Source: Bdellovibrionia bacterium
Lineage (GTDB): Bacteria > Bdellovibrionota > Bdellovibrionia > Bdellovibrionales > JAGQZY01
Assembly (NCBI GenBank): GCA_030424665.1
Contig: JAUHWN010000003.1
Location: forward strand, 6,996-70,995
Length of the DNA: 64,000 nucleotides
Direction: 5' to 3'
Below the pieces are notes generated by a model that was not told the DNA's origin, searched no databases, and was given only the letters and a program-made list of their open reading frames with translations. Positions 10,147 through 19,062 of this stretch are shown one piece after another; position 1 is the stretch's first letter, and each line of letters begins with the position of its first letter. A program made the position numbers and the translations under genes.

Positions 10147-10173
10147 AAGATTCTTTTTTAATTCATAATTCGC

Positions 10174-10203
10174 AAAGGTCTAGTGATTCACTAGACCTTT
10201 TTT
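10174..10203 (+). terminator. Rho-independent terminator after fliA
   Basis: A perfect 12-bp stem (AAAGGTCTAGTG / CACTAGACCTTT) with a 3-nt loop, running into a T-tract. Confidence 0.8.
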
Positions 10204-10265
10204 AGTGTTTTAATCTTTTCGGGGCTCCTTGTTTCTCTTTAGTGGGTTAGGCTAAAATCGGTAGC

Positions 10266-11528
10266 ATGAAAATCTTGATTACATCTTATGGCACCCGTGG
10301 TGATGTGCAGCCTTATGTTGCCTTGGGGCTGGGATTGGTAGCCCGAGGGCATCAAGTATTGATTGTGACCAGTTCCCGTTTTGAAGAGTTTGTGCGGGGC
10401 CGTGGTCTTGATTTCTCACCTCTTTCGGATGAGTTATTGTCTATATTGGACCGACCTGAAGGAAAAGACCTTCTAGAGAAATCCAATAATTTGATTGGAA
10501 TGCTCAGCCAAGGAATCAAATTAAAAAAACAAGTTGGATATCTCAATGAAGAGCTTCTTCGTCAAAATTGGAAAATAGCAAAAGAGTTTTCTCCTGATTT
10601 AATAATATATCACCCCAAATCCTTTGGAGCACCTCATTGTGCTGAGAAATTAAAAGCTAAGGTTTTGTTTGCTACTCCGATTCCCATTTACATTCCTACT
10701 TCTGAATTTTCTTTTATAAACTTTCCGAGACTCGGTTTGGGTGGTTGGTACAATCGTTTGAGTTTTGGTTTCGTAAAAAAACTAACAGAAGTAGTAACGA
10801 AGCCCTATATCAACAAATTTAGAGATGAAATTGGACTCAAAATAGTAAGCAAGATTGATGTGACTCAGCTTCCACAAGGAGGTGAAATTCCAGTGATTCA
10901 TCTTCACAGTGAGTCTGTGCTTCCGAAGCCGAAGGATTGGCCGAAAACAGCCCATGTCACTGGCTATTGTTTTTTAGATGAAGAAGAAAGCTGGGAACCG
11001 CCTTCGGAATTGACCGATTTTCTTGGTAAAGGGGCTCCTCCTATTTACATTGGTTTCGGTTCGATGACAGGGCGAAACCCAGAAAGTCTAGCCCATATAA
11101 TTGTCGAGGCTTTAAAGAAAACAAATCAAAGGGGAATCATTGCCTCAGGATGGGGAGGGTTAGCTCCAAAGGATTTACCAGAAACTATTTTTTCTATAGA
11201 TCAAGTTCCCCATCATTGGTTGTTTTCTAGAGTTTCAGCAGTCATTCACCATGGAGGAGCCGGATCAACTGCCGCGGGATTGAGAGCTGGACGACCAACC
11301 CTCATCATTCCCTTTTTTGGTGATCAACCTTTTTGGGGCCAAAGAATTTTTGAAATAGGTGTCGGCCCGAAGCCGATTCCACGAAAGAAGTTAACGGTCA
11401 AAAAGTTAAGTGACGCGATTGGGGAGCTTGTAAATACGCCTTCGATCGCTCAAAGGGCCCTTCAAGTGGGAGAGGCAATTCGCTCCGAAGACGGTGTCTC
11501 CAGAGCAATAGAGATAATTGAAAGTTGA
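10266..11528 (+). CDS. GT1-family UDP-glycosyltransferase (MGT / sterol-glucosyltransferase-like)
   Basis: 420 aa. The N-terminal block MKILITSYGTRGDVQPYVALGLGLVARGH and the C-terminal donor-binding block HHGGAGSTAAGLRAGRPTLIIPFFGDQPFWG are hallmarks of this GT-B family. Confidence 0.8.
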   Translation: MKILITSYGTRGDVQPYVALGLGLVARGHQVLIVTSSRFEEFVRGRGLDFSPLSDELLSILDRPEGKDLLEKSNNLIGMLSQGIKLKKQVGYLNEELLRQNWKIAKEFSPDLIIYHPKSFGAPHCAEKLKAKVLFATPIPIYIPTSEFSFINFPRLGLGGWYNRLSFGFVKKLTEVVTKPYINKFRDEIGLKIVSKIDVTQLPQGGEIPVIHLHSESVLPKPKDWPKTAHVTGYCFLDEEESWEPPSELTDFLGKGAPPIYIGFGSMTGRNPESLAHIIVEALKKTNQRGIIASGWGGLAPKDLPETIFSIDQVPHHWLFSRVSAVIHHGGAGSTAAGLRAGRPTLIIPFFGDQPFWGQRIFEIGVGPKPIPRKKLTVKKLSDAIGELVNTPSIAQRALQVGEAIRSEDGVSRAIEIIES

Positions 11529-11633
11529 GTTCTCCATAAAACCAAGTGAACAAAATCTAGAGACTCTCTATCGGTTCGATATTCATTTGGAATAGGAGCA
11601 AACCTTTTATTGAAATTACGATTCAAATGAAGT

Positions 11634-13127
11634 TTACCCACGAACTGAAAGAACTTTATCTTTGATTTTCTTAATCACTCGGGCTTCCATTTGCCGAACT
11701 GCCTCGCGGGTGACTCCCCACTCTTCGCCGATCTCTTGCAGTTTTTTGGGGTCTTCAGAGAGAATACGTTCTTCGAGAATATAGTTTTCTTTTTCGTTAA
11801 GAGTTGGCTTCAGCTCTTCAACCATATTGTTGAGGGTAGCGATTTCCTCAAAGTGCCCAAGAAGTTCATCGGGGCTCACATCATCAGAGCTTTCAAAATC
11901 AAGAAGACGCGTACTTCCGCTAGCATCGACTGGAGCATCAAGACTAATATCTCGACCTTGCATGCGCTTTTCCATAAGTTTGACGTCATCATCACCGACA
12001 CCAAGGCGCGCACTGAGCAATTTGACGGTAGGCTCAAGGCCCTCTTGCTCAATTTTCTTTTTTTCTTTCTCAAGGCGATAGAAAAGTTTTCTTTGATTGG
12101 CCGTCGTTCCGATTTTTACCATTGAGTACTGCTTCATAAGATACTCTTGAATGTATCCGCGAATCCACCAAACGGCATAGGTAATAAGGCGCACACCTTT
12201 ATAGGGGTTAAACTCTTTAACTGCATGCATGAGGCCGACGTTGCCCTCTTGAATGAGATCAATGAGCTTTGCCCCAAACTTTGCGTATTCGGATGCCACT
12301 TTGACCACAAAACGCAAATTGGACGTCACCAAAATCTCTGCATCTTTAGGATCACCCTTTTCTTTATAGCGTTTGGCTATTATTTGCTCTTGTTCTTTGG
12401 TCAGGAGTGGGTACTTGCGAATTTCAGCGAGATACATCCCAAGCCCATCGGTAACGCTGGTTGGGAGGTGAGAGTATTCTTCTTCGGTTTCTTCTTTTGT
12501 CGGTTCCGGGATTTTGTCGACGACTTCGGCCTTGAGGGCCTTTTCACCAGAGTGTTTTTTTAGGTCAGAAGTGGTGTTGTCGACTCCTCGAGAATGAACT
12601 TCAATGGAGTCATGGTCCTTTGGCTTGTCTTTTTGTTGGCTAACTCGTTCTTTTTGCGAAGAGCCTTCGCTTTCCCAAGAGTCATCGTCAAGAATTTCGA
12701 CTTCGACCTTTTTGGCTTCACTCGCCGATGGCACTTCCGAAGAACTATTTGAGCGGATCTTTTTTCTTGAAACCTTCTTTGCTGAGGCTTTTCTTGAGAT
12801 TTTAGTGGCAGTTTTTTTCTTCGCAGTGGCCTTTTTCTTAGAAGGAGCTGATTTCTTTTTGCTAACTTTCTTTGCGGAAGCCTTCTTTGTGACTGTTTTT
12901 TTCTTCGTCATCGACTTTTTTGCGGATTTCTTTTTTTTGGTTTTTTTTGATGTCGACTTTTTCTTTACTGATTTCTTAGCGGATTTCTTCGCCGTAGATT
13001 TCTTCTTCTTTGTCGAAGACTTTTTAGCGGCCGCCTTTTTAGAGGACGATTTCTTTTTTATGGCCGTTTTTTTCTTTTTGCTCGAAGATTTTTTCGCCGA
13101 GACCTTTTTCTTTTTTGCTGCGGCCAT
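11634..13127 (-). CDS. RpoH-family (sigma-32-like) RNA polymerase sigma factor with a lysine-rich N-terminal extension
   Basis: 497 aa. The C-terminal ~275 aa carry sigma-70 regions 2-4 (DLIQEGNVGLMHAVKEFNPYKGVRLITYAVWWIRGYI; LQEIGEEWGVTREAVRQMEARVIKKI) and the RpoH-box-like QRKLFYRLEKEKK. The first ~125 aa are K/A/S/T repeats (AKKSSSKKKKTAIKKKSSSKKAAAKK...). Confidence 0.85.
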   Translation of the reverse strand: MAAAKKKKVSAKKSSSKKKKTAIKKKSSSKKAAAKKSSTKKKKSTAKKSAKKSVKKKSTSKKTKKKKSAKKSMTKKKTVTKKASAKKVSKKKSAPSKKKATAKKKTATKISRKASAKKVSRKKIRSNSSSEVPSASEAKKVEVEILDDDSWESEGSSQKERVSQQKDKPKDHDSIEVHSRGVDNTTSDLKKHSGEKALKAEVVDKIPEPTKEETEEEYSHLPTSVTDGLGMYLAEIRKYPLLTKEQEQIIAKRYKEKGDPKDAEILVTSNLRFVVKVASEYAKFGAKLIDLIQEGNVGLMHAVKEFNPYKGVRLITYAVWWIRGYIQEYLMKQYSMVKIGTTANQRKLFYRLEKEKKKIEQEGLEPTVKLLSARLGVGDDDVKLMEKRMQGRDISLDAPVDASGSTRLLDFESSDDVSPDELLGHFEEIATLNNMVEELKPTLNEKENYILEERILSEDPKKLQEIGEEWGVTREAVRQMEARVIKKIKDKVLSVRG

Positions 13128-13135
13128 AGGATTTC

Positions 13136-13441
13136 CTAAGCTAGAGCATTATCGAGTTTTTCTTTGAGGCTCGATTGAATTTTCCCTTTAAAGGGAGAGA
13201 GCATGAAGGGCAAATCAACCACGATTTCAACACTGGAACCATCGCCATCACCACTGACTCTCAACTGGGCAGAAAACTGTTTTCCCTTGGCCTGACCAGA
13301 ATGATTGGATTCGTTAAAATCAACCTTGTAGGACGGATCCAACTTTTTAAGGTCCGGGTCGTTAGAAATAAAGTCCTTAACCACCTCAAAGGCTTCGGCT
13401 TGGGTCTTAGCAGATTTGGAATTAACTGTTACTTTTGGCAT
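13136..13441 (-). CDS. Small conserved protein, resembles the putative polyhydroxyalkanoic-acid-system protein family (about 90-100 aa)
   Basis: Its layout resembles that family, with a C-terminal ...VEIVVDLPFMLSPFKGKIQSSLKEKLDNAL. The stop lies 8 nt before the sigma gene start, so the two are probably cotranscribed. The start could be 13441 (MPKVTV) or 13477. Family assignment is from memory only. Confidence 0.45.
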   Translation of the reverse strand: MPKVTVNSKSAKTQAEAFEVVKDFISNDPDLKKLDPSYKVDFNESNHSGQAKGKQFSAQLRVSGDGDGSSVEIVVDLPFMLSPFKGKIQSSLKEKLDNALA

Positions 13442-13597
13442 AGATACGAAATTATCGAGAAATTGCCCTTCTGTCATCAGAATATATATCGATCTGTGTC
13501 GAATTTCTCGCTGAGAGGCTTTGCCAAGCTGTGTTGTATCAGGTATTTAAGACTTTGGTTTTTAGCGTCCCGCCCAGGACCCAATAAGGAGAAATTA

Positions 13598-15413
13598 ATG
13601 AGTTTTATGAAGGAATGGAAGAGATCCAGCTACTGTGGAAGAGTTTCAACGGAGCAAGTTGGTGAAACCATTAATCTTATGGGCTGGGTCGATAATCGGA
13701 GGGACCATGGAGGCCTGGTGTTCGTCGATCTCAGAGATCGGGAGGGTACCGTACAAGTTGTTCTGGACCCGAACCAAGGTGCCATGAAAATTGCCAAAGA
13801 TTTCAAGCACGAAACCGTCGTTGCCATCCGCGGAGAGGTCAAAGCTCGCCCTGAGGGGATGATTAACAAAAAGATCCCTACGGGGGCCGTTGAGGTTTTG
13901 GCAGAGACCTGTGAGATTCTCTCTCAAGCGGAAACTCCACCCTTTCAGATCCATTCGACAAATGTATCTGAGGTGCTTAGACTTCAATACCGCTATCTCG
14001 ATTTTCGCACACCGAAACTCACCAACTACATTAAAACGCGCCACCTTCTCATGCAGAAGGTGCGACAATATCTGACCGAGAATGATTTTTTTGAAGTGGA
14101 AACTCCTATTCTCTATAAGAGCACTCCCGAGGGGGCGCGTGACTACTTGGTTCCTTCTCGAGTCCATCAAGGACATTTCTTTGCCCTTCCCCAATCGCCG
14201 CAAACATTGAAGCAGCTTTTAATGATTGGTGGGATGGATCGTTACTTTCAAATTGCTCGCTGTTTTCGCGACGAAGATTTGCGCGCAGACCGTCAGCCAG
14301 AATTCACTCAAATCGATATTGAGATGAGCTTTGTCGAAGCCGAAGACATTATGAGTATGACCGAAGAAATGTTGCAAAAAATATGGAAAGAGTTGAAGGG
14401 TGTAGAGGTGACGGAGATTCCTCGCATGACCTATCACCAAGCCATGGATCGTTATGGTTCTGATAAACCAGATATTCGCTTTGGTTTAGAAATAACGGAT
14501 TTAAAAGATGTAGCCGGAAGTATGGGCTTTCGCGTCTTTGACGATTGTCTATCGTCTGGCGGAATCGTTCGCGGAATTGCTCTCGCGCGGTAAGCTCGAT
14601 AAGCTGACAAGTATGGCTAAAAAAGCGGGAGCCAAGGGACTCGTTTGGATCAAGGTTGACGAGTCCGGCGCTTTGACTTCTCCAATCCTAAAAGCTCTCG
14701 GCGAAGAAAAATGCCAGAAATTATTCTCTGCTCTAACAAATGCTAAGAAAGGTCTCGCACTCCTGGTCGCTGATACCTACGACACCGCAAGTAGTGTACT
14801 CAGTAGTCTACGTCTTCATCTGGGTAGAGAGTTTGAACTCATTGATACGTCGAAAGATGCCTTCTGCTGGGTGACTGACTTTCCACTTCTCGAGTATGCC
14901 CCCGAAGAAAAGCGTTGGGTTGCAAGACACCACCCATTCACGATGGTTAAAGATGAATTTGTCGACAACCTTCTCGGTGATAAGCAAAATCAATCTCCGG
15001 ATACTTATTTGGCCAAAGCCTATGATCTTGTTTGCAACGGTTATGAGTTGGCTGGTGGAAGTGTTCGTATTCATAAGAACGAAGTTCAGCAAGAGATGTT
15101 TAACCTTCTTGGCATGAGTAAAGAAGAAGCCGAAGCTAAGTTTGGATTTTTCTTGGAGGCCTTGAAATACGGAACACCTCCTCACGGTGGAATCGCCTGG
15201 GGAATGGATCGACTTTCAATGATTCTTTGTGGAACTGACGCCATTCGCGATGTGATTGCCTTTCCAAAAACAACTAAGGCAACAGATCTTATGGCAAAAG
15301 CACCTTCGCGTGTTGAGCAGCAACAACTTTTGGAGTTAGGAATTCGCCTCGCGCCATCGGTTGAGAAGAAACTCGCAGAAGGCGAATCCACCCCCGTCGA
15401 TAACGAACTTTAG
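13598..15413 (+). pseudogene. aspS: Aspartate--tRNA ligase (AspRS), reading frame interrupted near 14576-14593
   Basis: The ATG at 13598 follows AAGGAG. The N-terminal part (13598-14593) has the OB-fold and class II motif regions (GWVDNRRDHGGLVFVDLRDREG; FFALPQSPQTLKQLLM; FRDEDLRADRQPEFTQID). It ends at a TAA right after GGIVRGIALAR. The rest continues in the +1 frame (14538-15413: LSRGKLDKLTSMAKKAGAKGLVWIKV...GGSVRIH...PPHGGIAWGMDRL). This may be a sequencing error. Confidence 0.8.
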
Positions 15414-15418
15414 CCACC

Positions 15419-15444
15419 GGTAGAAGCTTCCTTTTGGTAGTGCA
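15419..15444 (+). repeat. Dispersed short repeat, copy 1 (left arm of a 26-bp perfect inverted repeat)
   Basis: GGTAGAAGCTTCCTTTTGGTAGTGCA begins 6 nt after the aspS stop. Its exact reverse complement occurs at 15507-15532. Confidence 0.85.
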
Positions 15445-15452
15445 ATCGCGTT

Positions 15453-15484
15453 AAAAAAAGCCACTCAGTGAGTGGCTTTTTTTT
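15453..15484. terminator. Bidirectional Rho-independent terminator between convergent genes
   Basis: A7 tract, stem AGCCACT / AGTGGCT with a 5-nt loop, then a T8 tract. It serves aspS (+) and the 15511-15990 gene (-). Confidence 0.8.
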
Positions 15485-15506
15485 CTGACCGTTTTGTTGA
15501 CGCTAA

Positions 15507-15532
15507 TGCACTACCAAAAGGAAGCTTCTACC
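15507..15532 (-). repeat. Dispersed short repeat, copy 2 (right arm of the inverted repeat)
   Basis: TGCACTACCAAAAGGAAGCTTCTACC is the perfect reverse complement of 15419-15444. It supplies the last 7 codons and the stop of the minus-strand ORF. Confidence 0.85.
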
Positions 15533-15990
15533 GATAGGTGGCAGAGGTGATCTTCTTCGAAGAGTACTTCTGCCAATTGTCTTTCTTTTAAAAAGTCGAG
15601 TAGGACACAACTCGGGTTTTCGACATCAGATGAAATGATATTGAGCTTTCCACTGGAGCTAATGGGACGGGCGGGAAAGCTTGGTGAATCTATTTTAATC
15701 AGAAAATAGTAATCTTGAGAAGAAATTTGAATGACGCCACAAAACAAAGTTTGTTGAGGAGCAAAAAGGTATTGGCTAGCTTCGTGGGTCCAGAGTGTGT
15801 TTCGAATTTGAGTGACCACTGGTGAGGTCGGTAATTCCCCAAAAGTTGTCTTAGTATTAAAGAGAGGAGTGCTTGCTTGGCAGGTCCAGAAAGGGCCTTG
15901 GGACTGAGCTCTAGCCATTTCGTTAAAGCCAAGTATGAAGACAATAAATAGGAGCAAGAGGTAAAGGTTTGATCGATTGAAGTTTATCAT
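15511..15990 (-). CDS. Secreted hypothetical protein
   Basis: 159 aa with signal peptide LLLLFIVFILGFNEMARAQS and 4 Cys. No recognisable domain. Confidence 0.5.
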   Translation of the reverse strand: MINFNRSNLYLLLLFIVFILGFNEMARAQSQGPFWTCQASTPLFNTKTTFGELPTSPVVTQIRNTLWTHEASQYLFAPQQTLFCGVIQISSQDYYFLIKIDSPSFPARPISSSGKLNIISSDVENPSCVLLDFLKERQLAEVLFEEDHLCHLSVEASFW

Positions 15991-16169
15991 GCTGGTGTGA
16001 TCCTTTAATTCTGCTGCTAACCGATGGAATTCACAGAGTAATTTTATTAAGGTCTTTAGCCTAGCTGGGAATAGGATGAAGTCAATTCAGATTTGGACCT
16101 CGGTCCTGTTCATTTCATTTTGAAACAACCGAATAAATAGTAACCCTTTAATTCGACAGGAGGTCGGAT

Positions 16170-16598
16170 ATGGAAAAGATTAGCGGTATTATTCCAAAGG
16201 CAGGACGTCTGGGAATAAAAAACAACATCGATGGTCCCCAAAGAAGAACTGAAGCTGGGGCCGTTCCCTCAAAGCCTATGCCCAGTTCAATAGAAGCAAG
16301 TGTTAGAGCCCATCGTGAGCGCAGAGATTGGCGGCAAAAAGATTTGGCCCATGCACGAATGGCCGATGGAATCGCCACTGACTTTTTTGTTAAAAACCAG
16401 ATCAAACCAGATCAACTTTCGGTCAGTGAAATTCCGATGGATGATCCTTTAGATCCAGCTCCTAAGGTCATAGGTTCTACAAAAATTGAGCCGAGTCTCG
16501 AGCAACGAGAAGCTATTATTGACGACATGGGGTTCACAGAAGAGGATTTGCAGACAGGACTCTATCCCAAGGGATCTTTTATTGATTACTCTGCATAG
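16170..16598 (+). CDS. Hypothetical protein
   Basis: 142 aa with a strong RBS (AGGAGG 6 nt upstream of the ATG). Family not recognised. Confidence 0.55.
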   Translation: MEKISGIIPKAGRLGIKNNIDGPQRRTEAGAVPSKPMPSSIEASVRAHRERRDWRQKDLAHARMADGIATDFFVKNQIKPDQLSVSEIPMDDPLDPAPKVIGSTKIEPSLEQREAIIDDMGFTEEDLQTGLYPKGSFIDYSA

Positions 16599-16659
16599 AG
16601 TTTTCTCTTAAACAAATTTTCGATCTTTAATGGGTTTTAATCAATTGTTAAAAGCGGAA

Positions 16660-17649
16660 TCAATGGATTGAAATAGAGCAGTAGGAAAGTTCTTGATCGT
16701 GAGAACCTAGAGAACATTCCATCCACTCCCGAAGAACATTGGCCGTTTGATTGGCCTGACTCTCTTCTATTTTACTTCGAGCTGTTTCAATAACAGCGAT
16801 AGCCGGCTCAGAAAGTCGGCTTTCGTCGTTTGAAAGTAGGTTCAATGCCTGATCAATTAAATCGCCAATTTTTAAAACCACAAGCAATCCAGCTTCGAAA
16901 AATTCTCTGCGCCAGTCTTTTTGGTCGATTTGCTCATAAACCATCGGAGCTGAAGGAGAAAAGTTGGCAAAACCATTTTCGAGTTCACGGTAAGCTATAT
17001 TTAAGATCAAGCGTGCCCGTCCCTGAATTCCTGCAATTGAATCTTTAAGTTGCTGACTTTGCTCTTGAAGAACTAATAATTGCTCAGGATCAATATCTTT
17101 ATAAGTTTCCTTTAATTGATCGATTTCGACAAAAATTCGCTCATGAATTCGATCATAGCTATAAAGATCGAGGTCGAGACTCATTAGAGTTTGGTATTGA
17201 TTTAGTGTTTTTTGTGCATCGACCTGTCCGAGAGAAGGACTGCGCAGAAGACTCTTTTTAGTTTTAATCACTTGGCTCCAAAGAAGTTCATAGGGAGCCA
17301 TAAGGGTGTGAAGATTTCTTACATCTTCAGAGAGCTTTTCGATGTCCTGAGCAAAGGGCATTTCGATCTGTGCGGGAGGAGCTTCAGCTTCGGGATCTTC
17401 ATCACCCGGAAGCCCTGGATTAACCGGCTCTGGTTCGGTTTCTTCGACTGTGGGGAAAGGACTATCTGCCAAAGCGGGGTCCTCTTCAGCCTCAGTCACT
17501 GGCGCTGCGAAACCTGAACCCGAAAATGGATTAAAAGCCCCATTGGGGTCAAACGTACCCGTAAAAGCATCTTCGGCCACAGAGTGGCTGCTCGAAAATA
17601 GTAGAGATATTGCAATTAAAAAGGGCGCCAAGGGCTTTAGATATTTCAC
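16660..17649 (-). CDS. Secreted hypothetical protein (acidic/Pro-rich N-terminal part, helical C-terminal part)
   Basis: 329 aa with signal peptide MKYLKPLAPFLIAISLLFSSSHSVAED. No recognisable domain. Confidence 0.6.
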   Translation of the reverse strand: MKYLKPLAPFLIAISLLFSSSHSVAEDAFTGTFDPNGAFNPFSGSGFAAPVTEAEEDPALADSPFPTVEETEPEPVNPGLPGDEDPEAEAPPAQIEMPFAQDIEKLSEDVRNLHTLMAPYELLWSQVIKTKKSLLRSPSLGQVDAQKTLNQYQTLMSLDLDLYSYDRIHERIFVEIDQLKETYKDIDPEQLLVLQEQSQQLKDSIAGIQGRARLILNIAYRELENGFANFSPSAPMVYEQIDQKDWRREFFEAGLLVVLKIGDLIDQALNLLSNDESRLSEPAIAVIETARSKIEESQANQTANVLREWMECSLGSHDQELSYCSISIH

Positions 17650-17766
17650 AGAGGCTTTCTAGCACTCGGGCGAATGGGGGGCGAGATATAATTATGAGCC
17701 CTATTTACAATGACAAATATGGCAAACCACAGGCCGCATGAGACCAGAGTCCTGTAAAGATTTCTA

Positions 17767-18870
17767 TTACTTATCTGCAATCGGTAGTGTGAATTCGACG
17801 TAAATAGCCCCATTATCAAACTTGATGTCCAGGGAGCTACCGTGAAGCTTTAGAAGACTTTGTGATACGGCTAAACCCAGGCCAGTTCCCTGGCTGTGAT
17901 TCATAAAGTCCTCGTCAATAGTAAATGGTTCTAAAAGTTGTTTAATTCTATCTTCTGGAATGGGGTCTGAAGAATTAGAAAAAGTGAGTGTACAGTTTCC
18001 CTTACTGACTTTACAGGTGATTTGGATGGTTTCACCTTCAGGGGTAAATTTGGCAGCGTTTTGCCAAAGTCGATGGGTGACATTGCGAATCGCCTTTGGG
18101 TCTGCTTTAAGGTGAACCTTCTTTAGGGACTTTTTGACTTTTAAATCTTTTTTCTCGATCAGATTTTGTACGTCTTTAGGAATGGGTTCAATGAGATCCT
18201 TGAGGAGGCAGGTTTCTCTTTTAATTTTAATTTGTCCCGTTTCTGCTGAGACAATTTGCAGAACATCTTCGACGAGACGCTTGAGTCGATAAGAACTTTT
18301 AGAAATTCGATCAACATAGAGTTCTTGTTCGGGGTCCATATTACTTTCCCCGAGAAGTTCGACGAAACTTAAAATTGCTGTCAGGGGAGTTTTTAACTCA
18401 TGGTTTACCAAGTACATGAAATTCATTTTTGCAGCGTCGAGACTTTTAAGTTCTTCGAGCGCTTTTTCAAGTTCGATATTTTTCCGTTTAATTTCTTCTT
18501 GCAGTTCGTAGCGTTCGACAGCCCGGTCGACAGCTGTGGTTAAATCCACAGGGTCCCAAGGTTTAGTGACATATCGATAGACTTGACCCGAGTTGATGGC
18601 ATCGATGACCGAGTCGATATCGGTATAACCAGTGAGTAGAATCCGAATTGTATTGGGTTGAATTTTTAGAGAACGGCTAAGAAATTCAACTCCTGTCATT
18701 TCTGGCATTCTTTGGTCGCTAATGATAACTGTAACTGGATTTTCGTCTAGTATAGAAATCGCTTCTGGACCGGAAGTGGCTTTAAAAACCTTAAACTTCT
18801 TCCTAAATAGTCGCTCGAGTGCGTCTACATTATCCACTTCATCGTCAACACAGAGAATTGCATGCTTCAT
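17767..18870 (-). CDS. Hybrid response-regulator receiver / histidine kinase
   Basis: N-terminal REC domain (ILCVDDEVDNV...VIISDQRMPEMTGVEFL...KPWD), HisKA H-box VNHELKTPLTAI, and a C-terminal HATPase_c domain (GTGLGLAVSQSLLKLHGS). Confidence 0.85.
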   Translation of the reverse strand: MKHAILCVDDEVDNVDALERLFRKKFKVFKATSGPEAISILDENPVTVIISDQRMPEMTGVEFLSRSLKIQPNTIRILLTGYTDIDSVIDAINSGQVYRYVTKPWDPVDLTTAVDRAVERYELQEEIKRKNIELEKALEELKSLDAAKMNFMYLVNHELKTPLTAILSFVELLGESNMDPEQELYVDRISKSSYRLKRLVEDVLQIVSAETGQIKIKRETCLLKDLIEPIPKDVQNLIEKKDLKVKKSLKKVHLKADPKAIRNVTHRLWQNAAKFTPEGETIQITCKVSKGNCTLTFSNSSDPIPEDRIKQLLEPFTIDEDFMNHSQGTGLGLAVSQSLLKLHGSSLDIKFDNGAIYVEFTLPIADK

Positions 18871-19062
18871 GAAGTTTTATATTAAATTTGAGCTACTTAC
18901 AGTTCAACAGGAAGATCAATAAGGGGACTATGGCCCCAGTCGTTTTGTATCTTAATTGTAAAATCAAGCCTTAGGTCTGAATTGCGCTGAATTGAGTCAA
19001 GGTTCACTCCTAAAGTGTCGAAAAGAAGTTGATAGGAGATTTTCTCCACGGGAGTGCACTGT

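Noticed and set aside
11691-13167. Plus-strand ORFs (11691-12125, 11827-12081, 12147-12563, 12604-13167) lie opposite the sigma-factor gene.
   Set aside because: They are antisense shadows. The 12604-13167 product is Phe/Leu-rich only because it reads the complement of AAA/AAG Lys codons. None has an RBS or a recognisable motif, whereas the minus-strand product is a clear sigma factor.
13175-13597. The ORF track gives aspS a 141-codon N-terminal extension, with the ORF starting at 13175.
   Set aside because: The extension is antisense to the 13136-13477 gene and has no AspRS similarity. The conserved AspRS N-terminus begins at the ATG at 13598, which has an AAGGAG RBS.
15991-16169. A possible sigma-28 (FliA) promoter lies upstream of the 16170 gene (CCGAATAA resembles the -10 GCCGATAA). 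I also considered whether the 142-aa product is FlgM.
   Set aside because: There is no TAAA -35 element at the right spacing, and the protein lacks the FlgM C-terminal pattern.
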